DNA from: Macrostomum hystrix
Taxonomy: Eukaryota; Animalia; Platyhelminthes
Length of the DNA: 64,000 nucleotides
Direction: 5' to 3'
Assembly: GCA_950097015.1 (NCBI GenBank)
Contig: CATNEN010000001.1
Location: 21,266,001 to 21,330,000, forward strand
Both the position numbers and the translations under genes were made by a program. This document shows, one piece after another, positions 1 through 11,055 of the stretch. Each line of letters begins with the position of its first letter. Position 1 is the stretch's first letter. The notes under the pieces are model-generated. The model worked only from the letters and a program-made list of their open reading frames with translations. It made no database searches and had not been told where the DNA came from.

Positions 1-604
1 GGCCGAGTCTTCTTTTCGTTTTCCCCCAGTCGTTGTATATCCTATTCAAATACTCAGTGTGTCTTGTTACGTTTAGCCCCATGGTTCTTAGTGTTTCCTT
101 TGTTTCATTTGCTAGTCTCTGAAGAGTTGTTATATCTGACTCTGCTGCTGTGAGTCGCGAACTCAATCTATCATGCACAGTGCTTGATCTTAGCATAAAG
201 GCTTCTAAATTTCGAACTTTATTTGAATTTTCTGTTACTCTTTCTTCCACCAAGTTTGCTCGATTATTAACGGCAGTTCTCAGAGTGGCGATGTCTGATC
301 TTAGAGTGGCGATGTCTGATCTCAGAGTGGGTATCGCTGCAACAAGAGTATCCCGATCATGAACAAACTGTACATATAGTATGTCAATCTCTTCCTTCCG
401 CTTTGCTACGCTCAACCGCAGGTCTTCCATGTTTATTTGTTGTTGGTGTGTTGCCCGTTCTAGGGCTTTCAAGCGATCTTTATTGAGTTTGATTTCTGGA
501 ATTTTTTCGTCAACATTTATATAACGCCTGTCAAGGTAAGAAACTTGAGCACTAGTGAGTGTGCTTCCGCGATCCAACGATTCACCTGCAAAATTAATAG
601 ACAT
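1..604 (-). CDS. Polinton coiled-coil protein (partial, runs off window start)
   Basis: Hand-translated open frame from ATG at 604 (MSINFAGESLDRG...) with no stop to position 1. Heptad repeat TLRSDIA-TLRSDIA-TLRTAV. Same AAAAATG start context as its neighbours. Not in the ORF track. Confidence 0.75.
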   Translation of the reverse strand, partial: MSINFAGESLDRGSTLTSAQVSYLDRRYINVDEKIPEIKLNKDRLKALERATHQQQINMEDLRLSVAKRKEEIDILYVQFVHDRDTLVAAIPTLRSDIATLRSDIATLRTAVNNRANLVEERVTENSNKVRNLEAFMLRSSTVHDRLSSRLTAAESDITTLQRLANETKETLRTMGLNVTRHTEYLNRIYNDWGKTKRRLG

Positions 605-622
605 TTTTTTTAATAACAAAAT

Positions 623-1423
623 TTAAATTACAGTTCTTTTTTCTTTGTTGATCATCACAAACTGGTAAGGTTGATTCCACTTTTCATAGCAAAGATTAAC
701 GAATTCCTCCTGTGAAATCTTTCTGTTGGAGTTTTTTGTTGGATTTACAAAATGGGCAGGCGCAATGACCTCATTGTAAAATCTTTTTAGCCTGTCCTGT
801 GGAATTGTTGGAAACAGGAGGATCAGATTGCAGTTCCCACGAATTGTTTTGTTCGGGAGCTCGAACCAGTTCTGGGCAATGTAAATCACGTTACAATTGT
901 TGTGCCGTCCTCTTGTAAAATAGTTTTCTATCTGCTTCTGTGGGCCTGTCATGCAATCATCAAAGACAATCAAATGTTTTCTCCCCTTTTCTAGCTCATC
1001 TGGTTGGGGTAGAAGTTTGGTCTTAGGATCAACCTGCGGATCTCCATAGGTGAACACTTTAATGTTCTGCCATTTTTCATTGTCTTTGAGGTGCTTTGCA
1101 AATACGGCAGCTACAATTTCTGGGTTACTGGGAAGGCTCTTTTGGTTATTAAAACATTGAATAATGTGTTCTTTGTGCAGTCTGTTTTGAAGTCCAGAGA
1201 TCAACATTTTATACTCATCTTGATACAGGGTGGGAGAGTAGATGTGCAGAGTGTCATAGTCGATAAAGCCAGGTCTAAGAAGCATGTTAAAGACTCTGAA
1301 TGTTTTACCTGAACCTGACGAACCAACAACAATGCATCTGAAGTGACTCGGGATTGACTCATGATGAGAAAACTTAATCTGATTACGTGTCCAGTGAGGA
1401 TTGAAGTCGTTTGAAAAGTCCAT
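623..1423 (-). CDS. A32/FtsK-HerA family DNA packaging ATPase
   Basis: Walker A GSSGSGKT, Walker B LIVFDD, TRGRHNN, and YIAQNWF...IRGN motifs. Start placed at the AAAAATG-context Met (MDFSND). Confidence 0.92.
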   Translation of the reverse strand: MDFSNDFNPHWTRNQIKFSHHESIPSHFRCIVVGSSGSGKTFRVFNMLLRPGFIDYDTLHIYSPTLYQDEYKMLISGLQNRLHKEHIIQCFNNQKSLPSNPEIVAAVFAKHLKDNEKWQNIKVFTYGDPQVDPKTKLLPQPDELEKGRKHLIVFDDCMTGPQKQIENYFTRGRHNNCNVIYIAQNWFELPNKTIRGNCNLILLFPTIPQDRLKRFYNEVIAPAHFVNPTKNSNRKISQEEFVNLCYEKWNQPYQFVMINKEKRTVI

Positions 1424-1476
1424 TTTTCTATGATTAAAAAAAATTAAAAAAAAGTAAATCATTTAGAATATGTGTC

Positions 1477-1670
1477 TAGGACTTAGATGTGTCTAGGACT
1501 TAGATGTGTCTATTTGGGACTTAGATGTGTCTTTTTGGGACTTAGATGTGTCTTTTTGGGACTTAGATGTGTCTTTTTGGGACTTAGATGTGTCTTTTTG
1601 GGACTTAGATGTGTCTTTTTGGGACTTAGATGTGTCTATTTGGGACTTAGATGTGTCTTTTTGGGACTAG
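1477..1670. repeat. 21-bp tandem repeat (GGGACTTAGATGTGTCTTTTT), about 9 copies, intergenic in the Polinton
   Basis: Seen directly. Confidence 0.95.
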
Positions 1671-1711
1671 TCTTGTACCCTTACATGTCTTGTACCCTCG
1701 GAAAGTACCCT

Positions 1712-2113
1712 TTAGTCAAATTTGAAACCACTTCCTTTTTTAATGCTAGCTATGCTAGCTCTCATCTTCTCGTAGATTGCAGGGTCCACAGTGTCTGGGT
1801 TTGGGGCCAGAGGAGCCAGCGGAGCCAATGGTGCCAATGGTGGCTGAATATCTTGTGTTACAGTATCCTTTATCTTTTTAGCCGCAGTGACAACGCTTCC
1901 CACAGATTCAGCCACGTTCTTAATATTATCTTTGTTCTCACTAATGACTTTAAAGACCCGAGCACCCTGCGCAATCATGTCAGCAAGACCATTCCCTGAG
2001 CGTTCTTTCCTCGGATAGTGACCTGCCGGGAAAAGTCCGGATCCACGCTTAATTAGATTAAGTTCCTCCTTGTCATAGTATTTGTCCACGTCTTTTTCGA
2101 AAATAATCGGCAT
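1712..2113 (-). CDS. Small Polinton virion/core-type protein with GxG motifs
   Basis: 133 aa intact ORF. RGSG-LF, SGNG-LA and KGSG-F motifs, an amphipathic segment and PLA repeats. Confidence 0.7.
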   Translation of the reverse strand: MPIIFEKDVDKYYDKEELNLIKRGSGLFPAGHYPRKERSGNGLADMIAQGARVFKVISENKDNIKNVAESVGSVVTAAKKIKDTVTQDIQPPLAPLAPLAPLAPNPDTVDPAIYEKMRASIASIKKGSGFKFD

Positions 2114-2131
2114 TTTTTATTAGGGAAGAAA

Positions 2132-3358
2132 TTATTTTTTGTTAAAACGTGAAAGCAGAAGCTCTCTTGCCCGTTTGTCGATATACTTCTTTTCCATCAT
2201 TTTGTCCAGGATGTTGACAAATTCTTTTCTATTTTCGTCTTTCATGCCAGTCTTTGCAGCTCCAAGAAGAACAGCCACTCGCTTATAGATGTCAGAAATT
2301 CCTGTTCCAGATTTGGATCCTGTTCCAAGTGGGGTTGACTGTTGTTGAAATGGGCTTTCAAATGACTGGTCAGTTCCGGATGAAGCTGAAGTGTCAGGTA
2401 GGGGTGTGTGCTGGGGTGTGAAAACTTTTTGCTTGATTCTATTCATTCGGTCTGGGGAGAATTGCTCCAAGCGATGCCACTCTGCTGGGTATTGTTTCTT
2501 ATATTGAGCTACTTTCAAGGGGTCGGACTGCTCGAGTTGACTCAGCACTTGTTCTTCTGTAAAATGTTGCTGTTGTTGTGGTGGTTGTTGCTGTTGTTGT
2601 GGTGGTTGCTCTGGTGATTCGGGTTGTTGTTGTGGTGGTTGTTGTTCTAGATATTTTATTGCAGCTTCTTGATCTGGCAAACCAAACCACTGTATAAAAT
2701 ACTTGTACTTTTTGAATCTAGTCAGGATGACACCGTTGTCATGCATCATTTTCAGAACTTGTGGGTCCTTTAGTATTTCTATATCTCTAGCAAGAGCAAA
2801 AGTTACTAGATCTCTGTAGTTCTTTAGTTGCTTGTCCGAAATTTTCTCTTGGTTTTTAGTCATAAATGTCAGTAATGTTTCTGTGAAAATTATGCTTTTA
2901 GTTTCTGAGCCTTTGACAACAGAAATATGGGTCTTATTTATGTCGATATAATATTCCACTGGTTCATTATAAATTTTTTTTCTCCACATACTTATTCCAA
3001 ATACATATTTCCCATCATGTTCTGCGCGTTCTACTGGTCCAAAAAAGTTATCTGTCACTTTTAGTTGTGACTGTTGTGGGACTTGGACTTGCGGATCTGC
3101 AGATTGTTGTATCTGCGGTGCTTCTGGAATTTTGCCCAAAGCCTTTTGCACCTGGGTTTCCTGTATGTCGTCAATAGTTTCTTTGACTTGATCAATATTT
3201 TTCTTAGCTTCTCCATACCCGGGTTTATGAAACTCTGTGGCTGCTTGGACAAACTCATTGTAGGATTGTTGCTCCTTATTGATTAGCCCGGTAACTCTCT
3301 TTTCTGCTTGTGCTAGCTTCTCCAATTCAGATATTTGGTGCGCATTTTTTCGCTTCAT
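2132..3358 (-). CDS. Polinton hypothetical protein (408 aa)
   Basis: Intact ORF with a Q/P-rich linker. The C-terminal RVAVLLGAAKTG..NRKEFVNILDKM resembles, from memory, a C-terminal domain common in Polinton accessory proteins. Confidence 0.75.
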   Translation of the reverse strand: MKRKNAHQISELEKLAQAEKRVTGLINKEQQSYNEFVQAATEFHKPGYGEAKKNIDQVKETIDDIQETQVQKALGKIPEAPQIQQSADPQVQVPQQSQLKVTDNFFGPVERAEHDGKYVFGISMWRKKIYNEPVEYYIDINKTHISVVKGSETKSIIFTETLLTFMTKNQEKISDKQLKNYRDLVTFALARDIEILKDPQVLKMMHDNGVILTRFKKYKYFIQWFGLPDQEAAIKYLEQQPPQQQPESPEQPPQQQQQPPQQQQHFTEEQVLSQLEQSDPLKVAQYKKQYPAEWHRLEQFSPDRMNRIKQKVFTPQHTPLPDTSASSGTDQSFESPFQQQSTPLGTGSKSGTGISDIYKRVAVLLGAAKTGMKDENRKEFVNILDKMMEKKYIDKRARELLLSRFNKK

Positions 3359-3387
3359 TTTTTATTTTATTTTTTTTAGTTTAAAAA

Positions 3388-4674
3388 ATGAACGACCCAC
3401 TGACACCAGTTTTCTACAAAATTAACAAGCCTATTTTGAGTGATGATAGCACAATCAAAGCGACTCAAGTAAGAGTTCCCAGTCAGGAAAATCAGAATGA
3501 AACTAATCTTGGTCCTGGTCAAACACTGACATTCACCTACAATGGATGTTCGTCTCTGGTTAGTGTGCACAGTCTTAAGAGCGGCTTCCATATGACATTT
3601 CAATTCAAGACAAAGGGAGGTGCGGATGCAGCTCATGCTAACGTTGACAAGCATGATGCAGATGTGGCTCTGATTAGTAACTTTTGGGCGTACATGTTCA
3701 AGGAGTTTAGTGTATCGAATGGGAGCACAGAGTTGGAGCGAATCGCCAACTTTGGAATTGTCTATGACGCTCATTGTTTGATCGAGAATCCAGATTTTAT
3801 TCAGTTGGGGAGTGGTGCAGGTTTCATTGCAGATGAAAAAGAAGGAGATATCAATGACAGTGGCTATAAAAAGAGGAAGAAGAGATACAACTATGCATTG
3901 CAAGGTGCTGATGATGCTGCTAAGAACCCGCTGTATCGGTCTGTTGATGTATTCATACCACTGAGATTCATGAGTGGATTCTGTAATACATTTAATCGAC
4001 TGACTAGTAACTTCAGCTACACCTTTAAGATGACTAGAGATGATCGCAGTAGAGTGTTGTGGACTGGGGCGGACCACACTAGGATGGAAGTGAAGCTAAC
4101 CGGAATCGAGCTGTATTTGGAAGTCATTGAGCCAAAGACCGCACTAAAAGCAGATTATCTCAAGGCAATAGAGAAGGACATTGATGTCGCCTACACGGCC
4201 TACATGTGTCGAGATGAGCGAAACGAAACCAGAACAAACATCTGCATTAAAGAGGGATCATGCAGCAATCCTAGGTATATTATTATTAACATGAGAAACC
4301 CAAATAACATTATACGCTACATGCATGGAGATGTGCGGTCCATTCAGCATGAAATCAGTGATAATCTTTACCCTGCACTGCCACAAAATGGAAATTTCAG
4401 TCAGAACAAGATTAGCAAATTTTACAGCGAGTTGGTCGACTTGGCTGTGAAAGAGAACAATGGAATTGCTATCACTGCTCTTCAATATGGAACTCTTTAT
4501 CCGATGTTTGGCGCTGATGTGTCTGCCAGACAAATGCCTACTGATAACAGTCCTGTGAATATCGTGACTAACATTGAGAGGACTGCCGCAACTGCTGTTG
4601 ACCTGTACATTATCTATGCGTTCGAGAGGAAGGTGAAGCTTAACATGATCAACAATTCATCCAGTAAAGTTTAA
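3388..4674 (+). CDS. Polinton major capsid protein (double jelly-roll, hexon-like)
   Basis: 428 aa. DDS N-terminus, SNFWAYMF, FIPLRFMSGF, PRYIII, LYP and YPMFGADVS segments match the Polinton MCP pattern. Adjacent to the ATPase and mCP. Confidence 0.88.
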   Translation: MNDPLTPVFYKINKPILSDDSTIKATQVRVPSQENQNETNLGPGQTLTFTYNGCSSLVSVHSLKSGFHMTFQFKTKGGADAAHANVDKHDADVALISNFWAYMFKEFSVSNGSTELERIANFGIVYDAHCLIENPDFIQLGSGAGFIADEKEGDINDSGYKKRKKRYNYALQGADDAAKNPLYRSVDVFIPLRFMSGFCNTFNRLTSNFSYTFKMTRDDRSRVLWTGADHTRMEVKLTGIELYLEVIEPKTALKADYLKAIEKDIDVAYTAYMCRDERNETRTNICIKEGSCSNPRYIIINMRNPNNIIRYMHGDVRSIQHEISDNLYPALPQNGNFSQNKISKFYSELVDLAVKENNGIAITALQYGTLYPMFGADVSARQMPTDNSPVNIVTNIERTAATAVDLYIIYAFERKVKLNMINNSSSKV

Positions 4675-4698
4675 ATATTTTTTTTTCGGGGCTGAAAA

Positions 4699-5496
4699 AT
4701 GGAAGCGATTGCTGAAAGACTAAATAATATTATTTCTCACTCTAAGGAGAGCATTCCTATTACAATAGCTGGGCGAATTAATGACCCAAACGGGATATTT
4801 GTTGAAAAATTACAGCAGGCGATTCGTCTGGATCCAGGTGCTAATTACCATGTATATCTTAACGACTTCACTGGTTGGTCAAACGTTCCCAATGTGACAG
4901 CAGCAAATAATAAGTTTCATTACAAATGGAGAGGTGCAGCAGCAGAAGCTGTGGTATTCCCTGTAAGCACGCAAAGTGTGGATACCTACAATTACTTTCT
5001 AGAAAATATTTTTACTAAAAGAGGCCATTTTGAAACACCCATTGAGAGCAAGCCAGAGAAGAAACTGTTCCCTGTCAAACTATCCTATGATCTCACTGTA
5101 ATGAGAGTGGTCATGCAAGTTCACAAAGATGCTGAGGTTGAATTTAAAGATGACACATGGTATAGGGAATTGGGATTCGAGAAGAAAGTGTATAAAAGCG
5201 GTCTGTTCTTAGCACCCAATATCGCAGACATTGTAAAGGGTTTGAATATTCTAATCAGAAGTAATCTCAGTCTTGATTGGGTATTTAAGGGAAAGCGAAC
5301 GAATATTTTGTACAACATCTCAAACTCTGTTCCTGGAGGACAGATGCTGGTAGAGAAACCAAATCCAGTGAAAAGAGTTGTGCTAAGTAATAAGGAGATT
5401 CACGAGATTGTGCTGCAGTTTGAGACGGAAGATGGTGTTGGCGTTGATTTCAACGGTGAAGAGTTTGTATTGACGTTGATCATTGAGAGAATGTAA
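4699..5496 (+). CDS. Polinton minor capsid protein (penton-like)
   Basis: 265 aa. IRLD, PNVTAANNKFHY, LGF, ILY..VPG..EKP and EDG..VDFNGE motifs. Directly downstream of the MCP. Confidence 0.85.
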   Translation: MEAIAERLNNIISHSKESIPITIAGRINDPNGIFVEKLQQAIRLDPGANYHVYLNDFTGWSNVPNVTAANNKFHYKWRGAAAEAVVFPVSTQSVDTYNYFLENIFTKRGHFETPIESKPEKKLFPVKLSYDLTVMRVVMQVHKDAEVEFKDDTWYRELGFEKKVYKSGLFLAPNIADIVKGLNILIRSNLSLDWVFKGKRTNILYNISNSVPGGQMLVEKPNPVKRVVLSNKEIHEIVLQFETEDGVGVDFNGEEFVLTLIIERM

Positions 5497-5728
5497 GCTG
5501 CTTAATGATTTCTGCAAAGTTATAGTAGCTGTCATAGTCCTTTATGGTTACTCCAGTGTTATGAAACCAGTGTCTTTGGAGAGCTTGATTAATATTAGGG
5601 ACATTGATATCCACGCCGGGCCAATATTTTCTCATGTACTCGATGCATTCTTGTTTGCATCGGTACTTACTCTTGTAATTAGGCTCATGACTTTTGTAAT
5701 AAGATCCTGGAGAGACGATTGGGAGCAT
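5480..5728 (-). CDS. Small Polinton ORF of unknown function
   Basis: TAAAAATG start context (MLPIVSPG...). Overlaps the 3' end of the mCP gene. Confidence 0.5.
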   Translation of the reverse strand: MLPIVSPGSYYKSHEPNYKSKYRCKQECIEYMRKYWPGVDINVPNINQALQRHWFHNTGVTIKDYDSYYNFAEIIKQLTFSQ

Positions 5729-5844
5729 TTTTAATAAGAATTTAATTTTTTTTCGTAGGATGAGCACCCTAGGTTTGGGATCTTGAGTTTTGGGATTGTG
5801 ATTTTAGTGCTAATTTGATTGTCTTGGCACGTTTTTTACAGCTT

Positions 5845-6185
5845 CGCTATTTTTTCCTGATCTCTTAGGGAGTGGCTGCGATAATTTGTTTTTGTCCAAG
5901 TTCACAAACTGGAAAGTATTTTTTTTGGCGGGGAACCTTGTTCCTTCAGGAAAGGTAATGGTTTGTGCAATAAGGAGGCTGCGATAATTTTTTGTCCTAG
6001 ATATTCAACTCACAAACTGATGTGGAATATTAAAAGTAGAGAATTTAGAATATGGAGACGGAGTTTTTTAGAGAGAGGCGGGGACCCTTTTTTCCTGATC
6101 TCTTCGGGAATAATAAAAGTAATGGTTTGTGGATAATGGAGGCTGCGATAATTTTTGTCCTAGAAGCCCCCTCTTGCATACTACT
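5845..6185. repeat. Probable right terminal inverted repeat region of the Polinton, with internal repeats
   Basis: GGCTGCGATAATTT occurs three times (~5875, ~5977, ~6141). TTTTTCCTGATCTCTT and GTAATGGTTTGTG occur twice each. Terminal ACTACT at 6180-6185. Confidence 0.6.
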
Positions 6186-8510
6186 AAACATTGTTGTATT
6201 AACTGCCGCAAACTAGGGTTCGCACCTACTTTTCGCAAACTTGCTTATCTTACATGTTCTCTATGCTTGGTTTCGGGAGTTTAGCTATACCGGCTTCTAT
6301 TTAGGGGGTATACCAACCCGCTAAAGTGAGCGGGGTGGTATGTTTCGGGAGTTTTTCTTAATGTTTGTTTAAAGAGTGGGCGGTTGTAAATCAAGAGGCC
6401 GGTAGGGTCAGGTAGTCAAATTCTAGGGGAGACAATCTGGCTGTTTCAATGAGCGACAGATTTCAAAATGATAATTTTTCTTTTTTTAGGGCTAGAAAAG
6501 ACAAAAAGAAACATTATTTGGGGAGCCAGAAGTTAGCTGCTGGGCATTCAAATCTAGGTACCTGGAGGGGTAGAATAGTAATAAATCGTATGAATTAAGA
6601 TTCCAGACGTTTCAAAAAACCCATTAACAGTCTATCAGTTAGTTTTTTTTTTCGGTTACTAGGCGGTTGTAAAACTTGAGCAGTAATGTTTCATCGGGGA
6701 AAGAAGACGGGTAAAGATAGTGAGTTCTATTTTGCATATTCAAACGGTGGCACGGAAGCCAAGCATATCCTTTAGCACGTTATCTTTATTTACAGAAAAA
6801 CAAGAAAAAGGGTTTCCAAATTAGCACCAGATAAACAGTCCGAGTGGGTGCAGAGGCCTAGCAGGCGCCGATGAGCGACTCAAAATAGCCATAAGGTGAT
6901 GGCCACGACCAGGGCCACGACGGCAGTAGCCGCGCCGAGCACTCGACCGGCTGAGCCTCGCAGAAATCCATACGCGATGGCGGCCACTCCAGCCTCGCGA
7001 CCTTCAGGCACGTTGATGTCTGCAGGAGTAAGGTGGAGGAGCAAATTGGGTTGCAGCAAATAGAGTCTCAAATGGTGAAACGTGGCGGGATAGACATGAG
7101 GAAAAGTAAGGTCCAGCAGTAATTCGTAGGAGGGAATCGCAGTTTGTGGTACCCAGGTTGAGTGGGAGGGCACGACAAAAAGCATTTAACTTACTCATAA
7201 TGAAGGACATGGTTATGGGCTCGCCTGAGCCAGATCGCTGCCGGACGGGTTCGTAAGGCCCAGGTAGAAAGCTGTGAAAGTTAGGTGATGGCAACAGCAT
7301 TAAGTAGTGATTATTCATGATGTTGGCTATGACAAACTTACACTACCTACAATTAATAAGTTTCAATTAGGGAAGGGTTTCGTTTGTTTGGGATAGGAAT
7401 CAAATTCAAATCATTGGGACAATTAGGAGTGCCGTGGGGAGAAAAAGGGGATGCTGTTTATCTTAATTATTAGGGCATAACCCTCGCAATTATCCTTAAT
7501 AACCGGCCTTGTGGGGCCGAGTAGAAGTCAAATAACTCACCTGTCTTCTTCAGACTGCGGCTGGGCCATAGTACGAGGAGCGGAGCGCGTGATTGAGCGA
7601 TCGGGCGACGCAGACTAGTATCGATTGCAGACAAGCTAGCAGTAGGTTAGGTGTTTGTTTAAGAGATAAAGAGGCTTGAGGTTAATGGGGCGCCAAGTGT
7701 TTGCTTTTATAGGGCTAATTTAGGGAGACGTGGCGGTCTAACCGCCAGCCAATGGGGGCAAAGTGGGAATTCCGGGCAGAACCAGTTTAGGGGGGCCCAT
7801 GGTAACAGTTTAGTTGTTGGGGCCTTGACCTTTTCGGTGAGGAAATCCTGCGGCCGGCAACAGCATCGCAAAGCGGCCTGAGCAGCGGTTTTTCCCAGCT
7901 GCGACCAGCTGCAGCGCCGATTGGGCCGCGCGCAACGGCTAGGCAACCGGCCCGACGAGAATTTTCGGGCCCGGCCAGCTGAAAACACCTGGGCGCGCGG
8001 CGAATCAGAGGCTACCACGGCCCGGCAACGGAATCGGGAAGGCGCGAACGGGCCAACCAACCTGGAGCCACCTGGAGAAGAGCACGGCCGTACCCTCGGA
8101 CTCAAGGAGAAAACGGCCGGAGCCTCCCAGGATTGCGCAACCGAGACCAAGCCGGGCAAGGAAAGACGGGGACAGCTGCAGCCACCTGGAGGAGAAGGCG
8201 AGCCGGGACACGGCACCCCTGGGCAGCGAGAACAACTTTAACTCAGCCGGAATGCGCACCCACCTCCCCTCAGGACTCTATCCCTTAGTCGCTAGGGGCG
8301 CCGATCATTTTACACTCTCGCACAAATCTATTTATAGCAGTATTTTACGTACGATAATCTAGGATTTCTTCTCTAGCGGAGTTCTTCTTAGGGTTCTGTA
8401 CAGTATGTTGTAGGTACTTATTATCATTTTTCCCCTCGATTCTCGAGACACCCCGCTACTACTGTCAGTAGGCACGTAAGTGTCTTACGTGAAAGTGAGC
8501 GAAGGTGGAG

Positions 8511-10838
8511 TGATGTGGAGTGTGCTGCGGGAATCGAGTGGGGTTGTGAGCCAGCCAAATTTTTCCAATTTTTAGCAAGTCAATAATCGCGACCCACATA
8601 GCAGCTGGCCGCAGAACACCATCATTAATCTTAGGGCCAGACTTGGGGCGGAGGTGAATAAGTAGCCGCCGATTCCCCTTGTCTCGGATCTGTCTAGTCC
8701 CCTGTAGAAGTGACTGATCGCGGCCATAGCAATACTGTATGGACTAGTTTAGGTCATAATTCCCCTCCAAACCGCGATCAGATTGTAGGGATCACTCATG
8801 CGTCTAGAGTGAGCATTAATTCTTCATGTCCCTTTTCTTTACTGTAACCCGAGCCGAAGCTCGATTATGACCTTTCCCCCTTTAGATACATGTAACGACA
8901 CTATAGGCAGGTCGGCGCCTGCGCTTCCCATATCCCGGCGGGATCACAATCATGGCCGACTGCCGGCAGACGCTCCTAGTGGGGCATCTGGCGATTCTCG
9001 CCGCCGCTTCAGTGGGCAATTGGGGTGGCATAATGCCGACCCAATTCCTCGCTGACAGGCTGGCGAGCATGTGGGTTGCTTTGATGGATGCGGGGTTGAC
9101 GGAGCTGCAGGACTATTTAAGAAAGCGCGCTGCGCTGCCCCTAGAGCAACCCCCCTTGGACCTTTACCCTTCTTCCGGACCAGTCCCGGAACACGGTCCG
9201 TGGACTCTCCCCCTTGCTAGATAGAACTTAGCCCCTGAGCCTAAGGCTCCTGAGAACAGCCACAGGTAAATTACCTGCATAGCCCCTGAGCATTTAAGCC
9301 ACCCCTTTGGGTGAGCTCCAATTGAGCCGTGTGCTCCTGCGATTTGGCCCCTTGCCAATTGCGCTAGACATCCCCGTCCCTACTTCCTCTTTCATTTGCC
9401 CTTCCTGGCGAGAACAACGGTCTGCAGCCTGTCAACCAGCATCGCAGATAAGTAACCCGCGCAGCGGACTCTAATTGCTATCCCTAAGGGATTTATTATT
9501 TAGCTATTGGGCAATAAGGGCAAGGGCAGGGATTTGTTTTCAGCCTAATAAACTATTGAATCACAGTTTTTATCTAACTTATTGGGCTCAATTTAATAAC
9601 AACTTAAATCCTTCTTACTATGCATTCCTCTTCCTCTTATTTTATCGTTAGACAGCCCTCAACCATGAGTGGCTAACTTACTAGGGGGATGGGCTCTGGC
9701 ACGGCCGAGCTGAAGGCTGCGGCAGGAAGGCAACTGTAAAGCGCGCATGAGAGTAGTAGGGAGCTAGGGATTTGCGAGCTAAATGCGGGATGTAGCGTGT
9801 GCATTTCTGCCTAAGAGGTGGGGGATTTCTTGGCCGGTTTTCCTCACTCTCTCGGCGGATTCCGGTGTACGCGTCAAGTTCCTTTGCCAAGTTGAATTCT
9901 CCCTCTTTTCCCCGCCTTTCGCAACCGCGGCCATGGGAGCGAGGGGCGTGATTTAATAATTTCCTGCTGCATAATCACTCAGCCAGTGTTCAGCTTAATC
10001 TCTCCTGCCTCTGATTTCCTCAACTCACACAGATCCGGATTTGCTAGTCATCTAATGCGTAGGCTGTAGCCTAATGTACAGAATGTGTCTAATGCCTCAT
10101 GAGTAGGATTCTGGCTATGGATTTCTCATTCAGGTTCTGAGTACCACCTTTCTAGACCACTGTAGCGCAGTTTCAGGAATCCCCTGTTGAGGCGTGACTC
10201 GATTCATTCTGGGGTCTTCACCCTAGTCTAAAACGGAAGTTACAGAATGCTCTATTTTCTTCGGCTTGTCTAAGATCTGTGTGACAAACTGGGAGCTGCG
10301 AGCTCCGGGGACCCAAGTTCCCAAATGTCTGCGGTGGCAACGTAGGCGCATTGGGTGGTGGCGCTACCTTCGATCATTTATCCGCTTTGCCGATAGCCTT
10401 TCCGCATTTCTAAGACAAGAGCCTAGGCCGAGTCGACCACTGCTACCAAAGTTAGGAGTCAGTTACGAACATGCTACTGATGACAGTAGGCTATCTAGCC
10501 CTGTCCTATCCGCTTGCGGGTAGTCCGGCATCTATTTAGACTTTTAGCCGGTTTCGAGCACTGCTTGGGGTAGGCACGGCAATCATGCCTGTGGCCTATG
10601 GGTTGGGTGGGACTGGCCAGCCTGAGGCCAATAGGACCACTCGCTTGCATCCTTTGTACCGCCTCATCTCTCCCTTCATCTCTCCCTTCATCCCTCTCTT
10701 CGTCTCATCCCTCTCCGCGGCAACTCGCGGCAGCAGCGTGATCGACCTCCGACGCTCTCGACGCTCTCGTCGTTTTCCACACTCCTGTCTCTCACGAGGG
10801 CGGTCATCGGCTAGCAAAAGACCCGCACGATTTCATTA
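8511..10838. repeat. Unclassified dispersed repeat, copy 1
   Basis: Aligns by eye in reverse complement to 53055-55010. No recognisable protein. Confidence 0.85.
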
Positions 10839-10845
10839 GTTATTT

Positions 10846-11055
10846 CTCTCGTAGGCACCAGTTAAGTTTGGCATGCTTAGTCACTCTTTAACTGACCATA
10901 TATTTATAGACATATAAATGTTTAAAGATTTGTATTAGTTAATAAAAATGTTTGAAACAACGAAATGAACTAAGCCTTCATCCCGCATGTGTTCAGTCGG
11001 TATACAACATGTAAAAATTTAAAGCTCAGTTTGGTGACAATCCCAGATCCTCAAT
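10846..11055. repeat. Local duplication of the region 3' of the Hes gene (matches ~11751-11945)
   Basis: CTCTCGTAGGCACCAGTTAAGTTTGGCATGCTTA and AAAATTTAAAGCTCAGTTT are present in both places. Confidence 0.8.

Larger units (their letters stand above)
1..6185. mobile_element. Polinton/Maverick (adintovirus-like) endogenous dsDNA virus, right-hand part
   Basis: Compact intronless cluster of A32-like ATPase, double-jelly-roll MCP and penton-like mCP. Ends in ...GCATACTACT at 6185, the reverse complement of the AGTAGT Polinton terminus. pPolB, integrase and protease are not in the window and are presumed to lie to the left. Confidence 0.9.

Noticed and set aside
1487-1999. 170 aa ORF with (LGLRCVF)n
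   Set aside because: Translation of the 21-bp minisatellite plus the antisense strand of a real gene.
3365-3380. Polypyrimidine-AG before the MCP and ATPase starts as trans-splice acceptors
   Set aside because: Absent from the other Polinton genes and easily explained by AT-richness.
6880-9358. Short ORFs between the Polinton and the dispersed repeat
   Set aside because: No recognisable domains, and the frames overlapping the repeat do not appear preserved in the second copy.
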